A stretch of DNA of 64,000 nucleotides, taken from NCBI GenBank assembly GCA_963823665.1, contig CAWGMQ010000011.1:1088001-1152000 (forward strand), read 5' to 3'. Shown here piece by piece: positions 1-11,300 of the stretch. Numbering within the stretch: position 1 is the stretch's first letter; every line of letters begins with the position of its first letter. The stretch is from an uncultured Planctomycetota bacterium (lineage in GTDB: Bacteria; Planctomycetota; Planctomycetia; Isosphaerales; Isosphaeraceae). The notes beneath the pieces were generated by a model. It saw only the letters and a list, made by a program, of their open reading frames with translations. It searched no databases and was not told the DNA's origin. The position numbers and the translations under genes are program-made.

Positions 1-70
1 CACGATCCGGTTCGAGCTGGAACGGGCCCACTAGCCCGACGGGCCGGCTAGGGTCCGCTTTGAGCGAACG

Positions 71-457
71 CTAAACCTCACTCAGCCCCCGCAGCACAAA
101 AACAACAAGCGCACAGACAAGCGCCACCACAAGTACCAGCCAGAGTAAATGCGAGATATTGAATTGAATTCGCGGCGCCGCGATTCCCTTCTCCTGCTCC
201 GAACGATAGTCGCTCCAGTATCCATACAAGACCAGACAAAGAAAACCCGCCGGAAAGAGCCCGGGGAACAGCACAACCATGAGCAGCGTGAAACCGCTCG
301 GCCCAAATCCCAACTGAGCTGCGGCCACGCACCAACCGATGAGGACAAGACAGAGAGCCATAGCGACCTGATACCCGATGCCGCGGCCGCGCGCATAGCG
401 GTGTTCCGCAACGCCGGGGGAGTCTTGCCGGCGATCGGAGTCCTCATGTTCTCCCAT
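71..457 (-). CDS. Hypothetical membrane protein (about 3 TM segments)
   Basis: 128-aa ORF with hydrophobic stretches (VAMALCLVLIGWCVAAA; FTLLMVVLFPGLFPAGFLCLVLYGYW; LLWLVLVVALVCALVVFVL). The last is preceded by RIQFNISHLL, resembling the QF(S/T)(L/I)xxLL motif common in planctomycete membrane proteins. Confidence 0.6.
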   Translation of the reverse strand: MGEHEDSDRRQDSPGVAEHRYARGRGIGYQVAMALCLVLIGWCVAAAQLGFGPSGFTLLMVVLFPGLFPAGFLCLVLYGYWSDYRSEQEKGIAAPRIQFNISHLLWLVLVVALVCALVVFVLRGLSEV

Positions 458-605
458 CGCGGCTGCCTCCGTTTGAAACGAGCGCGATTACCGTGCCGCC
501 GGCAAGGGCGCCGGCAATCCGCCGCGTGCCGGCGCGTGTGAGGTAAGTCGTCGCCGTGAGCAAAGAAAGGTAGACGCAAGCGGCAAGAACAAGCATCTGC
601 GTCAT
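444..605 (-). CDS. Short hydrophobic protein or truncated membrane-protein fragment
   Basis: MTQMLVLAACVYLSLLTATTYLTRAGTRRIAGALAGGTVIALV has two hydrophobic segments. It is co-oriented with its neighbours and overlaps the start of 71..457. Confidence 0.3.
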   Translation of the reverse strand: MTQMLVLAACVYLSLLTATTYLTRAGTRRIAGALAGGTVIALVSNGGSRDGRT

Positions 606-637
606 CACAATCGGCCTCGATCGATAGCAACTGAGGC

Positions 638-1120
638 TCAAGGCGCGGGTTTGGCGCGATTTGTTCCAGCCTCTCCGGAAACACCCTTTGGCCGGGGTGT
701 TGCCACCGTCTTCGGTGTGTGCCGCGCCTCCTCGACGAGCGCTGCGAGCTTGGGAGGCGTGAGGGCCTTGAGCATGCTGTTCATTGTCGCCGTTCCGGCG
801 GCCTTTTCGACCGCACCATCCGCGATCGAGACGTGAAACTCTTCCTCCAGCTCCATCACGACCTCGACGAGGTCGAGCTCGTCGGCTCCGAGGTCCTTGA
901 GCGAAGTCGACGACTGAATCTCTCCCGGTTCCTTGCCGAACTGTTTCCCCAATATCACGATGATCGCCGCTTCGTCCGTGCTCAGCCCCCGATCATGGGA
1001 TCTCACGACGACCACCGACCCCGAAGGCGGCCTGGGACCGCCATCACAACCCGCAGCGGTTGATAAAATCCACAAGGCGAGAGCGCTGAATGAGGTGAAT
1101 CGAATCCAGCGATCATTCAT
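638..1120 (-). CDS. Acyl-carrier-protein-like protein with N-terminal signal/lipobox; Ppant Ser replaced by Glu
   Basis: ATG at 1120 is preceded by GAGG. MNDRWIRFTSFSALALWILSTAAG-C is lipobox-like. The ACP-like core is SLKDLGADELDLVEVVMELEEEFHVSI (canonical DLGADSLD). Confidence 0.75.
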   Translation of the reverse strand: MNDRWIRFTSFSALALWILSTAAGCDGGPRPPSGSVVVVRSHDRGLSTDEAAIIVILGKQFGKEPGEIQSSTSLKDLGADELDLVEVVMELEEEFHVSIADGAVEKAAGTATMNSMLKALTPPKLAALVEEARHTPKTVATPRPKGVSGEAGTNRAKPAP

Positions 1121-1127
1121 CGTGACC

Positions 1128-2330
1128 TCACGTCGTATAATCCGCATTGAGTCTAATGTATTCCGCCGTAAGGTCACACGTCCAGAACCGCACCGACTCG
1201 GCGCCCGATTTGAGCCGCAGGCGCAGCGACACGTTGCGATCGGCCTTGATTGCTTTCGACAAGGCCTCGGCATCAAATGTGGCTGGCATCCCATCTTCAT
1301 AAACCGATACGTTGTTAATCGAGAGCGACAGGTCTTCCTCGCGGAACGAGACGCCGGCGTAGCCGGCGGCCGAGACGATGCGGCCCCAGTTCGGGTCGGC
1401 GCCGTGGATCGCTGTCTTCACGAGCGGGCTGTCGGCGACGGCCCGGGCGATTGCGCGCGCGTCATCGAATGACTCGCATCCATGGACGTCAATCGTGATG
1501 AAATGCGTGGCGCCCTCACCGTCATTGGCGATCGCGCAGGCAAGCTGCTCGCACGTAGTGCGCACCATCGCGGCGAACGCCGCCACATCGTCGCCTCGCA
1601 AGATCGGCTCGGAGGTGGCTGTGCTCGAGAGCAGAAGGACCGTGTCGTTGGTGCTAGCGTGCCCCTCGACCGAGATGCAGTTGAACGAACGATCGACCGA
1701 GGGGAGGAGGATGCCGGAGAGGTCGTTGGCCCAGACCGGGGCGTCGGTCAGGAGGAAGGCAAGCATCGTCGCCATCCGCGGACCGATCATGGCGGCCCCT
1801 TTGGCTATACCCAGCACGGTCACCTCCCGGCCCCCGATTGTTTGGCGGAGAGAGACGACCTTGGGGCGCGTGTCGGTCGTCATGATGGCGCCCGAGGCGG
1901 CCTGGAATGACTCGGGGCCGGCCCCCAGGGCGTCAATAGCTTGCTCGACCCCGGCTTCGATCCTGTCCATGGGAAGCTGGTGCCCGATGACTCCGGTCGA
2001 GGCAACCAGAACCTGCTCGCTCCGGCAGCCCAGCCGCGACGCGGCCTTCGCAGCCGTGCGCCGGGCGTTCTCGAGCCCCTCTTCGCCGGTCGCGGCATTG
2101 GCGTTGCCCGAGTTGATCACCACCGCCCGGACGTCGTCGGCCGGCAGCCGATCACGGCACCATTTCACCGGCGCTGCACAGATCCGGTTGAGCGTGAACG
2201 CGCCGGCGGCCGAAGCAAGCCCGTCCGAAGCCAGCACGGCAAGGTCGGGCGATCCCGAAGCCTTCAGACCGGCCGTCACGCCGCTGGCGCGAAAGCCGCG
2301 CGGGATGAAGAGCAATGAACCATCACTCAT
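1128..2330 (-). CDS. argJ: Bifunctional glutamate N-acetyltransferase / ornithine acetyltransferase ArgJ
   Basis: Family motifs INSGNANA, VASTGVIG, IMTTDT, AKGAAMIGPRMATML, STNDT, DGEGAT, DPNWGRI and the C-terminal TCDLTAEYIRLNADYTT. About 400 aa from the ATG at 2330. Confidence 0.96.
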   Translation of the reverse strand: MSDGSLLFIPRGFRASGVTAGLKASGSPDLAVLASDGLASAAGAFTLNRICAAPVKWCRDRLPADDVRAVVINSGNANAATGEEGLENARRTAAKAASRLGCRSEQVLVASTGVIGHQLPMDRIEAGVEQAIDALGAGPESFQAASGAIMTTDTRPKVVSLRQTIGGREVTVLGIAKGAAMIGPRMATMLAFLLTDAPVWANDLSGILLPSVDRSFNCISVEGHASTNDTVLLLSSTATSEPILRGDDVAAFAAMVRTTCEQLACAIANDGEGATHFITIDVHGCESFDDARAIARAVADSPLVKTAIHGADPNWGRIVSAAGYAGVSFREEDLSLSINNVSVYEDGMPATFDAEALSKAIKADRNVSLRLRLKSGAESVRFWTCDLTAEYIRLNADYTT

Positions 2331-2552
2331 CGAAAAGAACTCCTGGGCGAGACCCGGGCGGACCAAGAATCGTCTCGGGCTGGACACCTCGCGCGGCCGC
2401 GCGGTTCAGTGGCCGCCCGGTGATCACCGGGCCGTACAGCCCCCGCTTGCTCGACGCGTACGGCGATTCGAACGCATCCGAGCGGACTCGCCAGACCAGA
2501 CTATCCAATCATCGTTCGCGCGGAAAGATCCCGCCAAACTCGGCTTCGTGAG

Positions 2553-2596
2553 GCGCGGAACCCCGCGCTGCGGAGTGCTCCGTTCCGGGCTCCGCA
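2553..2596 (-). terminator. Tandem GC-rich hairpins downstream of gene A (possible terminator or RNA-stability element)
   Basis: GCGCGG-aacc-CCGCGC (2553-2568) and TGCGGAG...CTCCGCA (2569-2596). Duplicated after gene B. No clear U-tract. Confidence 0.35.
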
Positions 2597-2622
2597 TGCG
2601 GCGATCCGCCATTCCGCCGGAT

Positions 2623-5370
2623 CTATCCCAAAAGGGATTTCCGGCCCTTCGACTTGCCGGCCGTTTGTTCGAGCGCCAGGTCATAGACCAACTGCCCAAA
2701 CACATCGGTGGCATTCGCAGCCGGCGCCACCGCGACATCATCCAGACGGAATCCGCCGATCCGATCGTTGACAGGGCGATTGAGTGCACTTGAGAGCGCT
2801 TCGTCGACCGCCGCCAGGCTGCTCGCCAACGAACTCGAGGGATGCACGCTCGCAGCGGAAACATCCGATTGAGCCGTTGCCGCACGACCCGGAGAGCTCG
2901 AGCTCGATCCGTTGCCTTGCCCCTGGAACGACGTAGCGGCAAGGGCGCTCATTGTTTCGGATAGAGGCGGCGGGTCGGGATCGAAGAACAGCCCGCTCAG
3001 CACTGCATTGGGGCCGGCCGTCCGCGTGAACGTGATCAGCACGTTCCCCGATATCGTCCAGGTCAGATACTCTCCACTCGCGAAATTCGACACACTCTGC
3101 GTATTCAGCACGGCACTCGTATTGGCGTCGGAGAGCGTCACAGTCTCCGCGCGGTGCGACGCGTCGTAGTCAAGGAAATAGAGCTCGAGGTTGTAAGCCT
3201 GGCCGGAGGCCACGTTCACATCGACCGTGAAGCTCGTGGCCGAATCCCAGACAGCCGCAACACGACTCGTCCCGGACGGCGGTACCTGAAGCGCCTGCCG
3301 GGTTGACGGCGACGGCGTCGACCAAGTGTATTCCGACTCCCCCGACGGCGTGATCGTGGCATGCGCCGGATTGACCACGCTGCTGGCGACCAGGGTATAC
3401 CCATCCAATCCGTAGACGTTGATCCAGTTCCCCTGAGTCGATGTATCGGAGCCGACAAAACTCGCCGTGGCCGAACCAGGAGGCGGAGGTGGCGGAGGTG
3501 GCGGCGGCGGCGGAGGTGGCAAAGTCGTCGTGGGATCGAAGAATAGTCCGTTCAGCACCGCATTGGGGCCGGCCGTCCGCGTGAACGTGATCAGCACGTT
3601 CCCCGATATCGCCCAGGTCAGATACTCTCCGCTCGCGAAATTCGACACACTCTGCGTATTCAGCACCGCACTCGTATTGGCGTCGGACAGCGTCACTGTC
3701 TCCGCACGCCCCGAGGTGTCGTAGTCAAGCAGATAGAGCTCGAGGTTGTACTCCTGGCCCGGGGCCACGTTCACATCGACCGTGAAGCTTGTGGCCGAAT
3801 ACCAGACAGCCGCAACACGACTCGTCCCGGACGGCGGTACCTCGAGCGCCTGCTGGGTTGACGGCGACGGGGTCGACCACGTGTATTCCTGCTCGCCGGC
3901 CGGCGCGATCGTGGCATGGGCCGGATTAACCACGCTGCTGGCGACCAGGCTATACCCATCCAATCCGTAGACGTTGATCCAGTTCCCCTTCGTCGAGGTA
4001 TCGGAGCCGACAAAACTCGCCGTGGCCGAACCAGGTGGCGGAGGTGGCGGAGGTGGCGGCGGCGGCGGAGGTGGCAAAGTCGTCGTGGGATCGAAGAATA
4101 GTCCGTTCAGCACCGCATTGGGGCCGGCCGTCCGCGTGAACGTGATCAGCACGTTCCCCGATATCGCCCAGGTCAGATACTCTCCGCTCGCGAAATTCGA
4201 CACACTCTGCGTGTTCAGCACCGCACTTGTATTGGCGTCGGAGAGCGTCACAGTCTCCGCACGGCCCGACGTGTCGTAGTCAAGGAAATAGAGCTCGAGG
4301 TTGTAATCCTGGCCGGAGGCCACGTTCACATCGACCGTGAAGCTCGTGGCCGAATCCCAGACAGCCGCAACACGACTCGTCCCGGACGGCGGTACCTCGA
4401 GCGCCTGCTGGGTTGACGGCGACGGGGTCGACCACGTGTATTCCTGCTCGCCGGCCGGCGCGATCGTGGCATGGGCCGGATTAACCACGCTGCTGGCGAC
4501 CAATTGATAGCCGTCGGATCCGAAGACATTGATCCAGTTGCCCTTCGTCGAGGTATCGGAGCCGACAAAACTCGCCGTGGCCGAACCAGGTGGTGGAGGT
4601 GGCGGAGGTGGTGGTGGCGGCGGAGGTGGCAAAGTCGTCGTGGGATCGAAGAATAGTCCGTTCAGCACCGCATTGGGGCCGGCCGTCCGCGTGAACGTGA
4701 TCAGCACGTTCCCCGATATCGCCCAGGTCAGATACTCTCCGCTCGCGAAATTCGACACACTCTGCGTATTCAGCACCGCACTCGTATTGGCGTCGGACAG
4801 CGTCACCGTCTCCGCACGCCCCGAGGTGTCGTAGTCAAGCAGATAGAGCTCGAGGTTGTACTCCTGGCCCGTGGCCACGTTCACATCGACCGTGAAGCTC
4901 GTGGCCGAATACCAGACAGCCGCAACACGACTCGCCCCCGACGGCGGTACCTCGAGCGCCTGCTGGGTTGAAGGCGACGGGGTCGACCACGTGTATTCCT
5001 GCTCGCCGGCCGGCGCGATCGTGGCATGGGCCGGATTGACCACGCTGCTGCCGACCAGGGTATACCCATCCGATCCGTAGACGTTGATCCAGTTCCCCTT
5101 CGTCGAGGTGTCGCTGTTAACGAAGACCGCCGACGCACCGGTCGCCGTGATCACGCCCGTCGAGACGGAGACGAAATTGTAGGTGTAGTTGTGTCCCGAG
5201 TTTCCGTCGGTGACCGTGCCGCTGGGCGTGAGCGTGAGTCCCGTGCCCGGGCTCGAGGTGTTGTAGGTCTCGATAAAGTTCGCCGTATCACCAAGGGCGA
5301 CGCTGCCAACCGTGATCGTCGGAATTGCCGTAGCCGAGGTCGTTCCGTCCTGGACCTTGGTGTTGGTCAC
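2623..5370 (-). CDS. Gene A C-terminal fragment: YDG-like module, four ~185-aa repeats with poly-Pro linkers, conserved tail
   Basis: 915-aa ORF. Joined to the upstream ORF by a 1-nt deletion at ~5388 (TISAR|ALTITAVTNTKV). Confidence 0.85.
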   Translation of the reverse strand: MTNTKVQDGTTSATAIPTITVGSVALGDTANFIETYNTSSPGTGLTLTPSGTVTDGNSGHNYTYNFVSVSTGVITATGASAVFVNSDTSTKGNWINVYGSDGYTLVGSSVVNPAHATIAPAGEQEYTWSTPSPSTQQALEVPPSGASRVAAVWYSATSFTVDVNVATGQEYNLELYLLDYDTSGRAETVTLSDANTSAVLNTQSVSNFASGEYLTWAISGNVLITFTRTAGPNAVLNGLFFDPTTTLPPPPPPPPPPPPPPGSATASFVGSDTSTKGNWINVFGSDGYQLVASSVVNPAHATIAPAGEQEYTWSTPSPSTQQALEVPPSGTSRVAAVWDSATSFTVDVNVASGQDYNLELYFLDYDTSGRAETVTLSDANTSAVLNTQSVSNFASGEYLTWAISGNVLITFTRTAGPNAVLNGLFFDPTTTLPPPPPPPPPPPPPPGSATASFVGSDTSTKGNWINVYGLDGYSLVASSVVNPAHATIAPAGEQEYTWSTPSPSTQQALEVPPSGTSRVAAVWYSATSFTVDVNVAPGQEYNLELYLLDYDTSGRAETVTLSDANTSAVLNTQSVSNFASGEYLTWAISGNVLITFTRTAGPNAVLNGLFFDPTTTLPPPPPPPPPPPPPPGSATASFVGSDTSTQGNWINVYGLDGYTLVASSVVNPAHATITPSGESEYTWSTPSPSTRQALQVPPSGTSRVAAVWDSATSFTVDVNVASGQAYNLELYFLDYDASHRAETVTLSDANTSAVLNTQSVSNFASGEYLTWTISGNVLITFTRTAGPNAVLSGLFFDPDPPPLSETMSALAATSFQGQGNGSSSSSPGRAATAQSDVSAASVHPSSSLASSLAAVDEALSSALNRPVNDRIGGFRLDDVAVAPAANATDVFGQLVYDLALEQTAGKSKGRKSLLG

Positions 5371-8300
5371 CGCGGTGATCGTGAGCGCCGCGCCGAGATC
5401 GTGGCGGTCGAGACTGGAATGAACGTGTAGCTGTAGTCGTTACCGGAGAAGCCGTCGCTCACCGTTCCGGCCGGAGTCAGCGTCAACCCCGTGCCCACGT
5501 TCCTGGTGCTGTAAATCTCGGTGAAGTTCGGCGTGTCAGTGCCTTGAATGACACCCGAGGTGATCTTGGGAATCGTCACCGCCCCGGTTGTCCCGTCATA
5601 GGTCTTGCTGTTGGCCAACGCCGTCACAACCAGCGCCCGCGACGTGATTACTCCGGTCGAGACCGTAACGTACGTGTACGAGTAATTGTTGCCGGAGTTG
5701 CCGTCACTCACCACCCCGGCGGGAGTCAGCGTCAACCCCGTCCCCACATTCTTCGTGCTGTATGTGTCAGTGAAGCTCGCCGTGTCACCAGGCATCACCG
5801 CGCCCGAAGTAATCGTGGGCAACGCCGCCGCTGACGTGGTCGCGTCATAGACCTTGCTGTTGGTCGCGGCCGTGATCGAGAGCCCGGCCTTGATGATGGT
5901 TCCGGCGGCGGTCTGGAGGACGACGTTGTAGTCGGCCCCGCTGACGCCGTCGGTGACGGTGTAACCCGACTGCACAACCAGCGTGCTGCCGAGGGTGCCC
6001 AGGACGTTCTTCGAGGCGAACGCCTGCGTCAATCCTGTCAGCGTGTCGCCGCCGTACAGCTTGTTGGCAGGCTCACCGCTGACCTGGTAGGCCGGAGTCT
6101 GCGACGAGGTGGTGAGCCCGTTATAGACCCTGCTGTCGGTCGTCGCCGTGATCGTCAGGGTCGCCGGGGTGATTGTGAAAGTGGTATAGTTACTCGCGGA
6201 AGCGTAGTTGGTCGTCCCGGCGTAGCTGGCGTAGACCGTGTAGGTTCCAGCATCCTTCGGAGCCCTGCTTCCGAGATCGGTGCCGCCGTTCCCGATACCG
6301 ACGTAATAGGTGTAAGTGAGCGGGACCCCATCCAATTCGTTCGAGGGTAAGCCGTCGTTGGGGGTGATGGTGGCGCTGGCCGCAAAGGGCGATCCGTTGT
6401 AGAAATTGCTCGCGTCGGTGACGCTCACCGTGGGCTTGATCTGGTTGATGGTGATCGATGTGCTGGTCGCGCCGCCGGTGATCAGATTGCTCCAGGGATT
6501 GCCCGACGGCAAGGCCGAAGCGACCAGATGGTACACGCCGGCGTCATTGATGCTCAAATCGGTGAAGGTGACGATGCCGCCTGACGCATCGAGCGGGTTC
6601 GTGCCCGAAAGCGTACCGAGGTATGGCCCCGCGCTCAGCGTGAGATCCACCTGCGAACCGGGCACGGTGCTGCTGTCGAAATTGATGCCGAGGTTGCCGC
6701 TAGAGTCCTCGGCCACGAGTTCTGGCTGCTGGGCGAAAGTGACGCCGAAGCTGGCCGTGGATGAGGGCTCGGGCACGAAGACCAGCTCGGTCGGCACCGC
6801 GTAGTAGGCAGACACGGTGGGATTGAAGCCAGAGCCCGTGCCGGGTGTAAAGACGCCGATCCACGGCGTGAAGCTAACATTGCCCGACACGCCCGCGCCA
6901 TCGCCGCCGGGGTTGGCCGACGTCGTCGGACCATGCAAGCTGCCCCACCAGTTCTGTGTGGCATCGATCGACCCGCTTGACTGGATGTCGTCCACACCCG
7001 TGGTGTCGCCCGTGAAGTCGTTGTCGTTGATTGTCGCCGTGCTGGTGTCGCCCGGGCCAGAGCCCACCAGGACGCCGGTCGTGTCGGTTTGAATCGTGTC
7101 GTTGGTGATCGTCGCGCTTGCGCCGTTCTCGACCAGAATGCCGGTCGTGTTGTCGATGATCGAGGCGCCGCTGATAAGCGCTGAAGTCGCGGAGCCGCTC
7201 ACCAGCACGCCGGTGCCATCGGATGCAAACGTGCCGCCCGAGATCGCGACTGTGCCTCCGAAGGCGGCGATGCCGCCGCCGTCGAGGTATGAGGTGTTGC
7301 CCGAGACAATGCTGCCCGTGATGGTCAAGCTCCCGCCCGCCTGGTAGATTCCGCCGCCCGAGGCTGCCGTGTTGCTCTCGATGCTGCCGCCGGAGACCGA
7401 GACGGTACCACCCGGATTCGAGACGGTACCACCCGAGTTATATATGCCGCCCCCGGCGCCCGTGGCGTTGTTGCTGGAAATCTCGCTGTCGATCAAGCTC
7501 AGCTTGCCGGCGTTAAAGATGCCGCCGCCGGAGGCTGCCGAATTGTCCGTGATGACGTCGCCGTCGAGCGTGAGCGAGGCACCACGCTGGACAACGATGG
7601 CGGAGTAACCCGAGAAGTTTTTGATGGTCAGGCCCGAGATGGTCACGTCGGCCGCGGTGACGTCGAAGCCGGAACCCGACAGACCGGTGCCGTCGAAGCG
7701 GGAAGCCGACAGAAGGGTGCCGTCCAGGACGGGGGTCGCACCCTGCGATGCGTCGGCCTCGATCGTCAGGTCGGGCACGGAAACGACATCGGATTCGTCG
7801 TAGCCGTTGCCGGTTTCCACCAGGATCGTGCTGCCGTCGCCGGCCACACGGATGGCGGCCTGGATCGTCGTGAAGCCGGTGGCCGGGGTTGCCCCGTTGT
7901 CAGTCCCGGATGTATTGGCCGAGTTGACGTAGATTGTGGGCTGGTATTCATAGGCGCCGAAGTCGACGACGCCGAACCCATGCTCTGGCCGGATGAGTCC
8001 GCGCTGGTCGGTGGTTGGTACGTCGACACCGGTTATGGTGCTGCTTCCCGCGCCCAAGGCGGGACTGCCCGGCAGTAGGGCGATCGTCTCGGTCGGGCCG
8101 CCGTTGCCGGCCAGTCTCGCAGCCAGCCCCGGGTTGCCGGGCCCGAACAGAATCGGATTGATCGAGCCCGTCACCGTACCGGTTCTCGTCAACGCCGACC
8201 AGGTTGTTCGAGCTGTCCGAGGCGATTCCCGTGCCCGCGATATCACCTGCGCCGGAGGCATCGGTGTCGAGCGCGACGATTGTGTTATAGAGGGTGGCCG

Positions 8301-11300
8301 TGCCGTCAATAATATCCAGCCCGCCGCCGGAGCTGGTTGCCGTGTTGTAGGCGATGGTGTCGTTGATCGCCGTAAGCGTTCCGGAGCCATTGGGCCCGCT
8401 CTGGACGGAGATGGCGCCGCCGGAGCTGGCCGAGTTGTCCGCGAGCGTGCTGTTGATGATCGTCATGTCGCCGCCCGGAAGAGCAATGCCGCCGCCGTCG
8501 ACCAGAGCGGAGTTGCCCGAGAGGGTGCTGCCCGTGATGGTCAAGCTCCCGCCCGCCTGGTAGATTCCGCCGCCGGACCCAAAGTGGGCTGCGTTGTTCG
8601 TGAGCGCAGTTGCTGTTGACGTGCACCGTGCCCGATTGATTAAAGATGCCGCCGCCGTAGGTATAGGCTGCATTGCTCGAGATCGCTCCGCCGGAGATCG
8701 TGAGCTCGCCCCCGGCGTTGAAGATTCCGCCGCCATTCGAGTCGGCGTAGTTGTTCGAGATCTCTCCGCCGTCGATCTGTACCAAGCCGCCCAAGTTAAA
8801 GATGCCGCCGCCGAAGTCGGCGCCGTTCTGCGAAAGCCCGCTGTTGGTGATGGTCAGGGTGCCGCTCTGAAGATAGATCCCGCCGCCATCGATGCCGGCT
8901 TTGTTGCCCTGGATTGTGCAACCTGCGGTCACATGCACCGCGCCTGATTGATCATAGATGCCGCCGCCGCTTGCGCCGACGGTGTTGTTCGAGATCGCGC
9001 CGCCGGAGATCGTGACCTTGCCGCCCGCGTTGTCGATGCCACCGCCGCTGGCGGCGGTGTTGTTCGAGATCGTGCCGCCGGTGACGGTCAGCGTGCCGCC
9101 CGCCACAAAGATCGCGCCGCCGCCTGAGGCTGCCGTGTTGCTCTCGATGCTGCCGCCGGAGACCGAGACGGTACCACCCGAGTCATAGATGCCGCCCCCG
9201 GCGCTGGTGGCGTTGTTGCTCGAAACCTCGCTGTCGACAATTGACAGCTTGCCGGCGTTAAAGATGCCGCCGCCTCGGGCCGCCGAATTGTCCTCAATGG
9301 TGTCGTTGATCGCCGTGAGCGTTCCGGGGCCGACAGGCCCGCTCTGCACGCAGATGGCACCGCCTGAGCTGGCTGAGTTATCCGCGAGTGTGCTGTTGAT
9401 GATCGTCAAGTCACCGCCCGCAAGCGAGATGCCGCCGCCGTCGTGGTAAGCGGTGTTGCCCGAGACGGCGCTGCCCGTGATGGTCAAGCTCCCGCCCGCC
9501 TGAAAGATTCCGCCGCCGTAGCCATTTTGGGATCGGTTGTTCGTGACAGCGCAGTTGCTGTTGACATGCACCGTGCCCGATTGATTAAAGATGCCGCCGC
9601 CGTCGGTGTAGGCTGCATTGCTCGAGATCGCTCCGCCGGAGATCGTGACTTGTCCCCCGGCGTTGAAGATTCCGCCGCCATTCGTGATGGCAAAGTTGTT
9701 CGAGATCTCTCCGCCCTCGATCCGCACCAGGCCGTCCGAGTTAAAGATGCCGCCGCCGAAGTCGGCGCCGTTCTGCGAAAGCCCGCTGCTGGTGATGGTC
9801 AGGGTGCCGCTCTGAAGATAGATCCCGCCGCCATCGTTGCCGGCTTTGTTGCCCTTTATGGTGCAACCGGCGGTCACGTGCACCGCGCCTGAGTGATCGT
9901 AGATGCCGCCACCGCTCTTGCCCGCGCTGTTATTCGAGATCGCACCGCCGGAGATCGTGACTTTGCCACCCTCGTTGTCGATCCCGCCGCCGCTGGCGGC
10001 GGTGTTGTTCGAGATCGTGCCGCCGGTGACGGTCAGCGTCCCGCCCGCAACAAAAATCGCGCCACCGCCCTTGCCTGCCGTGTTGCCCTCGATGCTGCCG
10101 CGAGAGACCGAGACGGTGCCACCCGGATTCGAGACGGTACCACCCGAGTTATATATGCCGCCCCCGGCGCCCGTGGCGTTGTTGCCCGAAATCTCGCTGT
10201 CGATCAAGGCCAGCTTGCCGGCGTTGAAGATGCCACCGCCGGAGGCCGCCGAGTTGTCAGTAATGACGTCGCCCTTGAGCGTGAGCGAGGCACCACGCTG
10301 GACAACGATGGCGGAGTAACCCGAGAAGTCTTCGATGGTCAGGCCCGAGATGGTCACGTCGGCCGCGGTGATGTCGAAACCGGAAGCCGACAGACCGGTG
10401 CCATAGAGGACTGGGGTCGCACCCTGCGATGCGTCGGCCTCGATGGTCAGGTCGGGGACCGAAACGGAATCGGATTCGTCGTAGCCGGTGCCGGTCTCGA
10501 CCAGGATCGTGTCGCCCGCGACGGCGGCCTTGATGGCGGCCTGGATCGTCAAATAGCCGGTGGCCGCCGTGAATCCATCGTCAGTCCCGGAGGTATTGGC
10601 CGAGTTGACGTAGATCGCGAGCGGCTGCTGGTAGGCCCCGATGAAGACAGCTCCGGCGGCGTAGTCTTGCCGCGGGAAGCCGCGCTGGTCGGTGGTTGGT
10701 ACGTCGATTCCCGGTATGGTGGTGCTTCCGGCGTCCACGGCGGGACTGCCGATCAACAGTGCGATTGTCTCCGTCGGGCCGCCGTTGCCCGCCAGTCCGG
10801 CGGCCAGCCCCGGGTTGCCGGGCCCGAACACAATCGGATTGATCGAGCTGCTCACGGTGCCGGTTCTCGTCTACGCCCACCAGGTTGTTCGAGCTGTTCG
10901 AGGTGATCCCCGTGCCCGCGATATCGTCGGCGCCGGAGGCATCGGTGTTCGTGGCGACGATGGTGTTATAAAGCGTGGCCGTGCCGCCCGTCACATCCAG
11001 GCCGCCGCCCGAGTTGGTGACGGTGTTGTAGGCGATGGTAACGTTGATCGCCGTGAGCGTTCCGGAGCCATCGGGCCCGCTCTGGACCGAGATGCCGCCG
11101 CCTGAGCTGGCTGAGTTGTCCGCGAGCGTGCTGTTGGTGATCGTCAAGCCGCCGCCCGGCAGTGAGATGCCGCCGCCAAAGCCAAGGCCGGATGCGCCGG
11201 GATTACCCGCGCTCGCCATTACGCCATTAGTTCCAGTCGCACCCCTGCCACCCTGTCCACCGGCGCCTCCGACGGCGGAGTTGTCCGCAATCGTGACGCC

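Noticed and set aside
23..57. Hairpin CTAGCC...GGCTAG after the 71..457 ORF as a terminator or REP element
   Set aside because: Imperfect stem, no U-tract and a single copy in the window.
1121..1300. Longer starts for the ACP-like ORF (1300), argJ (2387), gene A (45225) and gene B (59443)
   Set aside because: The ACP extension overlaps argJ, and the argJ extension adds non-family sequence. The downstream ATGs at 1120, 45216 and 59386 have better-placed RBS motifs.
2975..5130. CRISPR array or diversity-generating retroelement
   Set aside because: Units are 555-bp in-frame coding repeats without unique spacers. Variants are shared alleles rather than adenine-specific, and no cas or reverse transcriptase gene is in the window.
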